Virus record (IMG/VR): IMGVR_UViG_3300030329_004481
Direction: 5' to 3' (one strand)
DNA from: a virus
Length of the DNA stretch: 64,000 nt
Shown: in pieces, positions 56,332-64,000 of the stretch
Layout of the letters: the number at the start of each line of letters is the position of its first letter
Position numbering within the stretch: position 1 is the stretch's first letter
Translations under genes and position numbers: made by a program
The notes under the pieces: model-generated
Database searches by the model: none
Told to the model about the DNA's origin: nothing
What the model saw: the letters and a program-made list of their open reading frames with translations, nothing else

Positions 56332-58182
56332 TCAAATTATACAAGTCATTATTTTAGTTTTTAATAATTGTAATTGTGAAGCATTGATTGGTGTTCCACT
56401 ATTTCCAGATCCCGTTGGTACTGTTATTTTAGCGATCTCATCTATTAAATCATCAAAACAAGACTTTAAAGATTTTATAGAAGACCCTATCTTTATCGGA
56501 GCAGTTGATGATATGGACATCGCACCCCCACTAGTAATTGTCATAGCAACTGGATGATTTAATATTGTTGCTACAGGAGTTATTGCAATTCTTCCAAATT
56601 CACCAAGTTCCCCTAATGTCATATTTAAAAATCCTGAAATACCTCGTGAGGCAGTTGCTGCATTAATTTCAATTGGTCCCAATTCAGTATGCATCTTCAC
56701 TCCACCTGCAGGAAGAAAAGGAATTCCACCTGTGCCAATATCAATTGTTCCTGATGTGGAATGTAATTTAATTCCTTTATTTGTTCCTGCAAAATTAACT
56801 TGATCTGCAGCAAGTACATCAAATGTACCTGATGTAAATGATGTTAACGCTGAAGAACTAAAACGAGTTGATGCAACAGAATAAAAATTTAAATCTTTGC
56901 CAGCACTAATATTAGTTTCATCTCTTGTTCCCATCATAAATGAAGATACATTTGCTTCATATTTTCCTGTAACATCAACAAAATAATTTCCTTGTTCTAT
57001 GTTTGCAAAAAATGATCCACCTGATCCAACCTTTAATGTCATATTAGAATCAGATTGTGACTTGTTTCTATTAACTAATATTTGATAACTTTTATCAACT
57101 GTTTCTATTTTGTGTCCCGCAACACGATCATATGAATTATTATGAATTATATTATAAAGTTCATTGGTTGTTTTATTAACAACTGTTCCTGATGGGTGAT
57201 ATTCTTGGAATGATCCTGATCTATGATAAAAATGCAATCTTTCAAAATTGGGTGTATCATCCATTTCTATGACATGACCACTTTCTGTAACAGTTACATG
57301 ATTATATGGATAAGAAGCATTATAAGGTGATATTGGTTCAGAAAAAGATCTTATGGATGGTTTTATTGATGGTTCTAGAAAATTTTGTGTAGATAATGAA
57401 GTACCAAATCCAGAAGTATCTATTGTTTGTTGCTGTTTTAGTATTGAACCAAAATCACCACCAGTTTTTATATTTTGATTTAATGATCTAGATTGTCTTT
57501 TTCTTGCCAATATTGAATATTTACTTTCAAATATTTTTCCATCATCAGAAGCAGTTAATCCTGTTGTTGGATCTGCTTTACCTCTAGCTAATGCAGGGGT
57601 TGTTGGTTGGCCAATGTAAGATATATCAGGATAAGGTGATTTTCTTTCTTGTTCTGTTATGATTGGACTTGCACCTAAACTACTAATAACTTCATCAGGT
57701 TCTCTAGGAACTAAATTTATTTGTTTTACACTTGCATTATCTTTTAATGATCTTATTTTTTTCTTAAACGCAGATTTACCAAAAGGATGATCTGTTGAAG
57801 ACATTGCTTCATCATATTCTCTTGCGTCATGAAAACCAATTTTAGCAGTATAAATTGATCTTGCGTCAACTTCTGGAACACCATTTAATGTTCCAAACAT
57901 TATTGGTTCTTGTGCGTCCCTACCATCTCTAAAAAATCCAACAACCCATGTTCCTTCCACAGGACCAACTGGAGCTTGACCAACATTTGTTTGTGAAGCA
58001 GAAGTAATAGGCATCAATGGTGTAGCCCAAGGCAAATCTTGTGTAGGTATTAAATTTTTATCTTCTGTATGAAATCCTAAACAACGAACTTTACATCTGC
58101 CCAAATACATTGGATCATGGCGATCTTCAACAACACCAACCCACCATATAAATTCCATCCCTAATGAATTTTTAGTGAGCAT
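56332..58182 (-). CDS. gp5: Baseplate hub / central spike gp5 (OB-fold plus beta-helix, no lysozyme domain)
   Basis: WWVGVVEDRHDP..GRCKVRCLGFH..LPWA..GTWVVGFFRDG; YPYNHV..ESGHVIEMDDTP..ERL..HRSG. Confidence 0.92.
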   Translation of the reverse strand: MLTKNSLGMEFIWWVGVVEDRHDPMYLGRCKVRCLGFHTEDKNLIPTQDLPWATPLMPITSASQTNVGQAPVGPVEGTWVVGFFRDGRDAQEPIMFGTLNGVPEVDARSIYTAKIGFHDAREYDEAMSSTDHPFGKSAFKKKIRSLKDNASVKQINLVPREPDEVISSLGASPIITEQERKSPYPDISYIGQPTTPALARGKADPTTGLTASDDGKIFESKYSILARKRQSRSLNQNIKTGGDFGSILKQQQTIDTSGFGTSLSTQNFLEPSIKPSIRSFSEPISPYNASYPYNHVTVTESGHVIEMDDTPNFERLHFYHRSGSFQEYHPSGTVVNKTTNELYNIIHNNSYDRVAGHKIETVDKSYQILVNRNKSQSDSNMTLKVGSGGSFFANIEQGNYFVDVTGKYEANVSSFMMGTRDETNISAGKDLNFYSVASTRFSSSALTSFTSGTFDVLAADQVNFAGTNKGIKLHSTSGTIDIGTGGIPFLPAGGVKMHTELGPIEINAATASRGISGFLNMTLGELGEFGRIAITPVATILNHPVAMTITSGGAMSISSTAPIKIGSSIKSLKSCFDDLIDEIAKITVPTGSGNSGTPINASQLQLLKTKIMTCII

Positions 58183-59804
58183 TAAAATTCATCTCCCATA
58201 ACTGAATCTTCATCATAATCGCCTTGTGTTTCTAAATCTGCAATTGGTTCAGGTAATGATCCACTCATACTATCTTTCATCACAACCATTGCTAAATTAT
58301 GATTAATGTTTTGTTGTGATTTTAAAAATCTATGTTCAATACTAGAAACTAAAAAATTACCAGATGCTAATCTGTTTTGTTGTCTTGTTGATTGAAAATC
58401 ATGAAAATTTGTAGGAATTTGCAAATTTACTACATCACCAACCATTCTATGTGTATTTCCTGGGACAATTACTTGGTAAACAAAAGTATTTAGAAGTCCA
58501 AATTGTGACTTTCTTTTTTGAAACCATCTTTCTATATTTGTTTCTCTAATTGATCTATCTTGTGGTTTTCCCTTGCCTTCCACATCAGAAAATTTAGCAA
58601 AACATTTAAAATTTGAAGACATTAAAGAAATATTAGATACTGGACTTCCTAAGATATCAGAAGCAGTAGATATTACCGCATTATTTGAAAAATGATGAGT
58701 ATCATCAACTATTTTTCTTATATTATCTTCATAACTATTATTTCCCTCATTTATATATTCATTAAAATCATTTGCTAACATTATTGGATCTCTTTCAATC
58801 CTTGCACCTGTTGATTGATCATAAGCATAATGTTTTAACGTTGGTTCTTTATAGTAATAATCAATGGTTTCATGTTTCATTCTTAACATATTATGTGTTA
58901 TCATTCTATTTGCATATGTTCCACGTTTTAACTTATCTTCCATATCAATATTTGATAGTCTATAAAATTGTTTTATTCTTTGACTATCAAATGCAAACTT
59001 TTCATCAAATGAATCATGAGGTAAATTTTCTGGTGAGTATACATAAGTAAGAGATGGATCATTTAACATTAAAGATTCTAAAGATTTAAACTTGAATCCT
59101 TCTCTCAATGTTTCATAAAATGAAAACATAGCACCAGTTGAAGAAACTTTTTCTGAACTCTCCGCTCTTTCTGATAAAAATTCTATAGCATGAAATGGAC
59201 TATAGTTTGGTATGACAATATTATGTTCACCCTTTGTCATTTCCAATTCTATATCTTTTTGATATGCTGAATCTGGATAAAATGAATCAATAGAACTTTT
59301 AATATAATTATCATATATGTCTTCAACTATTTGATGTACTAAATGTGATGGATAACTCTTTTGAACTTTTGTTTTCAAATTGAAAATATATTCCATACTA
59401 ACAAAATGAAGTTTATATGTAAAAACTCTATCATTATCTTGATGTTTATTAAAATCTGTAACCTTAATTATTCTAAAATATCTATCAACAGTATCTTCTG
59501 GTCCTGCACCAGTAGAGTAAAATGTAAAATGAAAAAATTCATCTCCAATTATTGGTATTTCTTCATATAAACCAAATGAATCAACAATCTCAACAAATCC
59601 CTTTATGTATGGAGAAAATAAATCCTCAGTCAGTGACAATTGTGTAAAAATTTTAGAAATGTCAACGGCGATTGAATAGTTATGAGGACTAATAATCCTC
59701 ATATTACTAATAGAAATTTCACCTACTGATACTGGATTTCTAGATGTATTTGAGAGTCTATTTGAAGCTGGATCAGCAACAAATGTATCATAATTGTCAA
59801 ACAT
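58182..59804 (-). CDS. Baseplate hub protein (gp27-like tail protein)
   Basis: EDLFSPYIKG..IVDS..PIIGDE; FYET..GFKFKS; VPGN..VGDVVNL; SGNFLVSSIEH; lies between gp53 and gp5. Confidence 0.7.
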   Translation of the reverse strand: MFDNYDTFVADPASNRLSNTSRNPVSVGEISISNMRIISPHNYSIAVDISKIFTQLSLTEDLFSPYIKGFVEIVDSFGLYEEIPIIGDEFFHFTFYSTGAGPEDTVDRYFRIIKVTDFNKHQDNDRVFTYKLHFVSMEYIFNLKTKVQKSYPSHLVHQIVEDIYDNYIKSSIDSFYPDSAYQKDIELEMTKGEHNIVIPNYSPFHAIEFLSERAESSEKVSSTGAMFSFYETLREGFKFKSLESLMLNDPSLTYVYSPENLPHDSFDEKFAFDSQRIKQFYRLSNIDMEDKLKRGTYANRMITHNMLRMKHETIDYYYKEPTLKHYAYDQSTGARIERDPIMLANDFNEYINEGNNSYEDNIRKIVDDTHHFSNNAVISTASDILGSPVSNISLMSSNFKCFAKFSDVEGKGKPQDRSIRETNIERWFQKRKSQFGLLNTFVYQVIVPGNTHRMVGDVVNLQIPTNFHDFQSTRQQNRLASGNFLVSSIEHRFLKSQQNINHNLAMVVMKDSMSGSLPEPIADLETQGDYDEDSVMGDEF

Positions 59805-60411
59805 TTTTTAATAATTCTCTCAAATTTTGTTGTAATTCTTCCGCATAGATATCTTCAATTAGAACTATATTTTTCTTTTTTTCATTATAATCATATTCAT
59901 ATTGATAATTTGTAACTGTCTTTGCTTTTTCTGGACTTAAAATTTGTAAACCTTGAAATCTTAATTCATCAACCTCTAAGGATCTTTGCTCAATTCTAGG
60001 AGTGGTATCTGTGGCTGGTTGAAAGCTTTGAATAATTTCTTCATAATGATGAACAGAGTTTTGAGCTTCCGTTATACTTCCATATTTTGACGCAACATAA
60101 GAATCAAATTGATCACCAAACATTGGCCAATCAAAAATTGGATCAAAAATATTATTTGCCAAAAATACTAACCATGTATACTTTACGTCACCATAATATT
60201 CATGTGCTATTGAATCTGGTCTTTGATTAAATCCGACATTGTACTTATAGTATGATAATAATTTTGATTTTACTGTTTTGTTTAATCTTGTTCTCAAAGT
60301 AATGTCTGTGACTAACTTTTCATGAACCTTTTCAATTTGATTTCCAGCAGAATTTGTTATATAATCATATTTGTAATAAGTTGTTGGTAAATTTACAAAA
60401 TACTGTGACAT
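59797..60411 (-). CDS. gp53: Baseplate wedge subunit gp53
   Basis: YFVNLP; RPDSIAHEYYGD..WLVFLANNI..WPM (LysM-like); VHHYE; YEYDYNEKK. Confidence 0.9.
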   Translation of the reverse strand: MSQYFVNLPTTYYKYDYITNSAGNQIEKVHEKLVTDITLRTRLNKTVKSKLLSYYKYNVGFNQRPDSIAHEYYGDVKYTWLVFLANNIFDPIFDWPMFGDQFDSYVASKYGSITEAQNSVHHYEEIIQSFQPATDTTPRIEQRSLEVDELRFQGLQILSPEKAKTVTNYQYEYDYNEKKKNIVLIEDIYAEELQQNLRELLKNV

Positions 60412-61448
60412 TAGTTATCTCTCCCTGTGGCATTTTCATAAGCGGCATTGTCTGTTGATGTTCCTTTATAAGATAAAATAAATTCTGTTTCTCTGAAAGA
60501 TAACTGCATCTTTGTATGAACAGGCATCGGTTCTTTGTTTTTATCAGGAGGATCATAAAATGCCGGGCCTTGTTGTGCATCAAAATTGAGATTCATATCA
60601 GTTAAAACAGATCTTTTAATTCCCATTTGTTTAAACTTTTTATGACCATCTTCAGATTTAATAAAAAATTCAATAAAAAATTCATGTGGAAAATTAAAAT
60701 AGATACTTTTTAAAAATCCAAAATCATTTAATTCTGGTAACATTCTATTTTTAAATTGAGTTACAATAGATGATATTTCTTCCGCTTCTTCATAAGTTCT
60801 TGGATAAAAATCAAAATCAAATTTATGTTCCCTAAAAGCTCCTGGACCTTGATATGTCAAAGCCATATGCGGATTTACAGCAACACCAGCGCCTACAGTA
60901 ATTGGATTTAATACACCAGTTTGTCCCAATGATCCAACAGCCAAAGTTGCCGCAGATGTTCCTGCTTGTGAAAGTTTTTCTAACCAACTATCTTGACTGC
61001 CACTATTTGCTGCATCCATCACTGAACTTACTCCTGCACCAACAACTGCACCTATTCCCGCAACAATGGGATTGGTACTCACTAGAGATGCTAATCCTGT
61101 CGCTCCCGCTACTGTTGCTAAATTTACTCCACCTTCTTCAAAAACTCTGCCACCGACCATAGTTTCATAATTACCTTGAAAATTTGTTTGTAATGCGCCT
61201 GGTGGAATATGTAATGCAATCAAAGATGAGTTTCTTCCTAATCCTTGAGATTGTCTTCCCCTTGGGCCACCTGGTTTTGCATAGAATAATACAAAATTTT
61301 GTGTATCAGATTCATCTGCACCAATGTCTGACGGATATTTAAATATTTTTGTACTTACGGTATGTGGCCCGTGGTCCACGTCAAAACTAGCACCAGCAAT
61401 TGGTACTTGTGCTGATGCACCATTCATTACTACGTTTGGATCTGCCAT
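60411..61448 (-). CDS. gp48: Baseplate tail-tube cap gp48
   Basis: KYP..IALHIP; AVNP..FREHKFDFDFYPR..EA; FPHEF; MPVHTKMQLSFRE. Confidence 0.85.
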   Translation of the reverse strand: MADPNVVMNGASAQVPIAGASFDVDHGPHTVSTKIFKYPSDIGADESDTQNFVLFYAKPGGPRGRQSQGLGRNSSLIALHIPPGALQTNFQGNYETMVGGRVFEEGGVNLATVAGATGLASLVSTNPIVAGIGAVVGAGVSSVMDAANSGSQDSWLEKLSQAGTSAATLAVGSLGQTGVLNPITVGAGVAVNPHMALTYQGPGAFREHKFDFDFYPRTYEEAEEISSIVTQFKNRMLPELNDFGFLKSIYFNFPHEFFIEFFIKSEDGHKKFKQMGIKRSVLTDMNLNFDAQQGPAFYDPPDKNKEPMPVHTKMQLSFRETEFILSYKGTSTDNAAYENATGRDN

Positions 61449-61458
61449 TGAAATTCTC

Positions 61459-61499
61459 TCTAAATATAAGTATATGATATTAACCTAATTCTATTTATT
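61459..61499. promoter_or_regulatory. Divergent late promoter region (AATAAATA on minus at 61492-61499 for gp48; TCTAAATA on plus at 61459-61466 for gp4)
   Basis: Late-promoter-like boxes on both strands of the 54-nt divergent intergenic region. Confidence 0.55.
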
Positions 61500-61502
61500 C
61501 AG

Positions 61503-61949
61503 ATGATTAAAAAAGGTAAATATAAACCAGTAAATCCAAATAAATATAAAGGTAATCCAACCAAAATTGTGTATAGATCAGGTTGGGAAAAGAAAGTGAT
61601 GGAAAAACTTGACTTGTCACCGCAAGTTGAACAGTGGGCTTCAGAAGAAGTGATAATTCCATACAGATCGCCTTTAGATAGGAAGATACATCGTTACTTT
61701 CCCGACTTTTGGGTAAAGTTTACAAATAAAAAGGTCGTAATTATTGAAGTTAAACCAAATAGGGAGACAAAACCTCCCAAAAAACGTGAAAAATCAAGAA
61801 GATTCATCAACGAAGCCAAAAAATACGCAAAAAATGAAGCAAAATGGAAGGCCGCAGAAGAATTTTGTAAAAATAGAGGCTGGCACTTCCTAATTCAAGA
61901 TGAATATGACTTAGGAATCAAGAAGAAAAGAAAAAATGGCAAAAAGTAG
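61503..61949 (+). CDS. gp4: Head completion nuclease gp4 (TnsA-like PD-(D/E)xK)
   Basis: KGKYKPVNPNKYKGNPTKIVYRSGWE..WASEE..IPY..HRYFPDF..IEVKP..NEAKWKAA. Confidence 0.92.
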   Translation: MIKKGKYKPVNPNKYKGNPTKIVYRSGWEKKVMEKLDLSPQVEQWASEEVIIPYRSPLDRKIHRYFPDFWVKFTNKKVVIIEVKPNRETKPPKKREKSRRFINEAKKYAKNEAKWKAAEEFCKNRGWHFLIQDEYDLGIKKKRKNGKK

Positions 61950-62523
61950 TGGCAATTTAGTAGAAATTTTAACAGATGTTATAAACAGAAGGCAAATTCC
62001 GCAAGAAAACATAAGATCTGCCCAATGGTTTAGGCATCAACTAAGAAATTTTAGAAGAAACTTGACAGTAAAGTTTGATGATAAGAGTATGACCTCAGAT
62101 CAACTAATAGAAAAATCAACATTAGTTAGACCAAGAGGTATTGACGAAGCAAAATTGACCATTTTTAGATATAAAGCTAAACATGAGAAAAAATTGCCAT
62201 ATTATGATAGATTTCCTATGTCTATGATTATTTCAAAAGAAAGTGATAGATTTTGGGGATTAAATTTCCACTATTTACCATATCAATACAGAGCACAATT
62301 ATTAGATGCTGTTAGATTTGGAAAAAGAATAAGTTGGAATTCATTAAAAAAGAATAAAGTAGTCGCACCATGTATAAAACAGTATTTAATTAGTCATGTT
62401 CAAGGACAAAATGGAATGACAATTGAAGGTGTTGACCAATTAAGATTTGCAGTATTTTTACCAATAGAGCATTTTACAACAAACAAACAAAAAGTTTGGA
62501 AAGATTCATTAAGGATGTTATGA
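61936..62523 (+). CDS. gp2: DNA end protector protein gp2
   Basis: SAQWF; KKLPYYDRFP; FWGLNFHYLP..RAQLL; CIKQYL; FLPIEHF..VWKDS. Confidence 0.88.
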   Translation: MAKSSGNLVEILTDVINRRQIPQENIRSAQWFRHQLRNFRRNLTVKFDDKSMTSDQLIEKSTLVRPRGIDEAKLTIFRYKAKHEKKLPYYDRFPMSMIISKESDRFWGLNFHYLPYQYRAQLLDAVRFGKRISWNSLKKNKVVAPCIKQYLISHVQGQNGMTIEGVDQLRFAVFLPIEHFTTNKQKVWKDSLRML

Positions 62524-63152
62524 ATACTAGTTCATTCACAAGACAATTTTTAGCAAATGTACAAAAACACGGCGGTGTAGCTAAAGCGAATAAATTTTTG
62601 GTTCATGGGTTTTCTGGTGGATTTATCAAAAATCTACCAAAAGATGTTAAAGATAAACTTAGAGATATCAAATTTTATTGTGATATTGTTGCTTTGCCTG
62701 GGAGAAACTTAGCAACTTCACCATTTAGATCTGGTAGTATTACTAGAGAATACATACATTCTAATAATTTTGCTGGAACTATGAATATAAACTTCACATT
62801 AACAGATGATATGTTTATAAAAAACTTTTTTGATATGTGGCAAGATTCTATTCTTCCATTAACAGAAAATGATAAATCACATCAAAATATAGCAAAATAT
62901 CCAAAAGATTATAGTAGTGATTTTAAAATATCAAAATTAACTAATGATTTGGTAGAAAGACCTGCAACACAGAGTTTTGCAGGGCCTATTGAGACACTTA
63001 CTTTTGGAGATTACATTTACACTGTTAAGTTAAGAGACGCCTTTCCTAAAAATGTTAATCCTATTCAATTAAGTTTTTCATCACAAGAAAATCTTAAATT
63101 GTCTGTTGAATTGGCATTCTCTAGTTGGAGCAGACTAAAAAAGCCAGAATAA
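62520..63152 (+). CDS. gp54: Tail tube initiator gp54 / gp19-like tube-fold protein
   Basis: GVAKANKF; FYCDIVALPG; FFDMWQD; YPKDY; LRDAFPKNVNPIQL. Start moved to ATG 62520. Confidence 0.7.
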   Translation: MNTSSFTRQFLANVQKHGGVAKANKFLVHGFSGGFIKNLPKDVKDKLRDIKFYCDIVALPGRNLATSPFRSGSITREYIHSNNFAGTMNINFTLTDDMFIKNFFDMWQDSILPLTENDKSHQNIAKYPKDYSSDFKISKLTNDLVERPATQSFAGPIETLTFGDYIYTVKLRDAFPKNVNPIQLSFSSQENLKLSVELAFSSWSRLKKPE

Positions 63153-63155
63153 ATA
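63148..63155 (+). promoter_or_regulatory. Putative late promoter AATAAATA upstream of gp26
   Basis: NATAAATA 20 nt upstream of the ATG, followed by SD GGAG. Confidence 0.6.
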
Positions 63156-63175
63156 ATTAACAATTTGGAGATATT

Positions 63176-63886
63176 ATGGGTTTACCTAAAATTGACATAC
63201 CAACATTTACAACAAAGTTACCATCAACTGATCAAACCGTTGTATTCAGGCCTTTCCTTGTAAAAGAAGAAAAAATACTATTAATAGCACAACAAGGAGA
63301 AGACTCTAAAGAACAAATTAGTGCGGTCAAACAAATAATTAATAATTGTGTCCAAAGTGAGATCAATTTGGAAATTATGCCAATATTTGATCTTGAATGG
63401 TTATTTTTACAATTAAGAATTAAATCAGTAAGTGATAAGGTCACATTAAAATTTAGACATACAAAAACTACTGAATGTGATCACGTTTATGAATATGAAC
63501 TTGATTTGAATGAAGTAAAAATGAAATTTCATGATGATCATGACAAAGAAGTAAAAATAACTGATTCAATATCTGTATTTTTGAAATATCCAAATATTGA
63601 AACTGCAACTTTAGATTTTAATCCAAATGACTTAGATTCAATTATTGAATTTATAACATCAGGAATAGAATTTATAAAAGATGGAGAAACTTATCATGAA
63701 ACAAAAGATTATAAACCAGAAGAAGTAAGAGAATTTTTAGAACAATTAAGTCAAGAACAAATGCTTAATATTCAAAAATTTTATGAAACTCAACCATCAT
63801 TATCTCACACTATTGCATACACTTGTCCTAAATGTGGAGTTGAAGAAGAAGCGACTCTTAGGAGTTTGCAGGATTTTTTGGGGTAA
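63176..63886 (+). CDS. gp26: Baseplate hub subunit / assembly protein gp26
   Basis: MGLPKI..FRPFLVKEEKILL; FDLEWLFLQLRIKSV; LKYP; CPKCG..LQDF. Confidence 0.9.
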   Translation: MGLPKIDIPTFTTKLPSTDQTVVFRPFLVKEEKILLIAQQGEDSKEQISAVKQIINNCVQSEINLEIMPIFDLEWLFLQLRIKSVSDKVTLKFRHTKTTECDHVYEYELDLNEVKMKFHDDHDKEVKITDSISVFLKYPNIETATLDFNPNDLDSIIEFITSGIEFIKDGETYHETKDYKPEEVREFLEQLSQEQMLNIQKFYETQPSLSHTIAYTCPKCGVEEEATLRSLQDFLG

Positions 63887-64000
63887 TGCTTTCTCATGAG
63901 TCTTTAGAGTCTCATTATTTAACAAACTTTGCATTGATACAACACCATAAATATTCACTGACAGAGTTAAATGAGATGATCCCATGGGAAAGACAAATTT
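63886..64000 (+). CDS. gp51: Baseplate hub assembly catalyst gp51, 3'-truncated by the window edge
   Basis: MLSHESLESHYLTNFALIQHHKYSLTELNEMIPWERQI..; TAATG overlap with the gp26 stop; not in the ORF track. Confidence 0.85.
   Translation, partial: MLSHESLESHYLTNFALIQHHKYSLTELNEMIPWERQI

Noticed and set aside
61503-61949. Tn7 TnsA transposase or mobile element
   Set aside because: It shares the nuclease fold, but its sequence and context (next to gp2, opposite gp48) identify it as T4 gp4; no other transposon genes are present.
190-63985. Short antisense or alternate-frame ORFs (190, 5966, 15256, 17537, 17780, 20038, 22512, 23229, 24743, 30639, 32908, 32987, 37179, 42574, 43665, 45360, 47847, 49679, 49682, 52215, 52340, 53018, 53502, 55203, 56237, 58772, 59361, 60365, 60902, 63232, 63800)
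   Set aside because: They overlap well-supported genes on the other strand or in another frame, with no motifs or clear ribosome-binding sites.
1-64000. tRNA/rRNA genes, stop-codon reassignment, cellular origin of the left half
   Set aside because: There is almost no intergenic room for RNA genes and none was recognised. Standard-code ORFs tile the window without breaks. The enzyme island overlaps the phage late operon directly and contains no housekeeping genes.

Overview
AT-rich fragment of a large T4-like (myovirus) bacteriophage genome, probably marine or aquatic; the host cannot be determined from this window. The right half (~29.3-64 kb) is the tail/baseplate morphogenesis region. On the minus strand it runs gp48, gp53, gp27-like hub, gp5, several unknown virion proteins, gp25, gp6, gp7, gp8, a 1999-aa VrlC/DUF4815-like protein and two fibre proteins. 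A divergent plus-strand unit carries gp4, gp2, gp54-like, gp26 and gp51, and T4-type late promoter boxes (TATAAATA/NATAAATA) lie upstream of several genes. The left half (1-29.3 kb, open at the left edge) is a dense tailoring-enzyme island directly downstream of the fibre genes. It encodes 10 radical SAM proteins (2 cobalamin-binding, 6 with an N-terminal Twitch-like domain including one fused to a methyltransferase, 2 with a C-terminal SPASM/Twitch domain) and 11 Fe(II)/2OG-type oxygenases (9 Asp/Asn beta-hydroxylase-like, 7 of them in tandem). It also encodes 2 sulfotransferases, 2 minimal PLP enzymes, a mini-SDR, an APH/choline-kinase-like phosphotransferase, 3 glycosyltransferase-like and 2-3 methyltransferase-like proteins. 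No scaffold synthase, precursor peptide or nucleotide-modification marker is visible, so my leading hypothesis is a phage system for heavy chemical modification of virion proteins or glycans. A candidate programmed -1 frameshift (T TTT TTG with an upstream SD-like AGGAG) joins gp26 to gp51. All family assignments come from motif recognition by eye; no searches were run.
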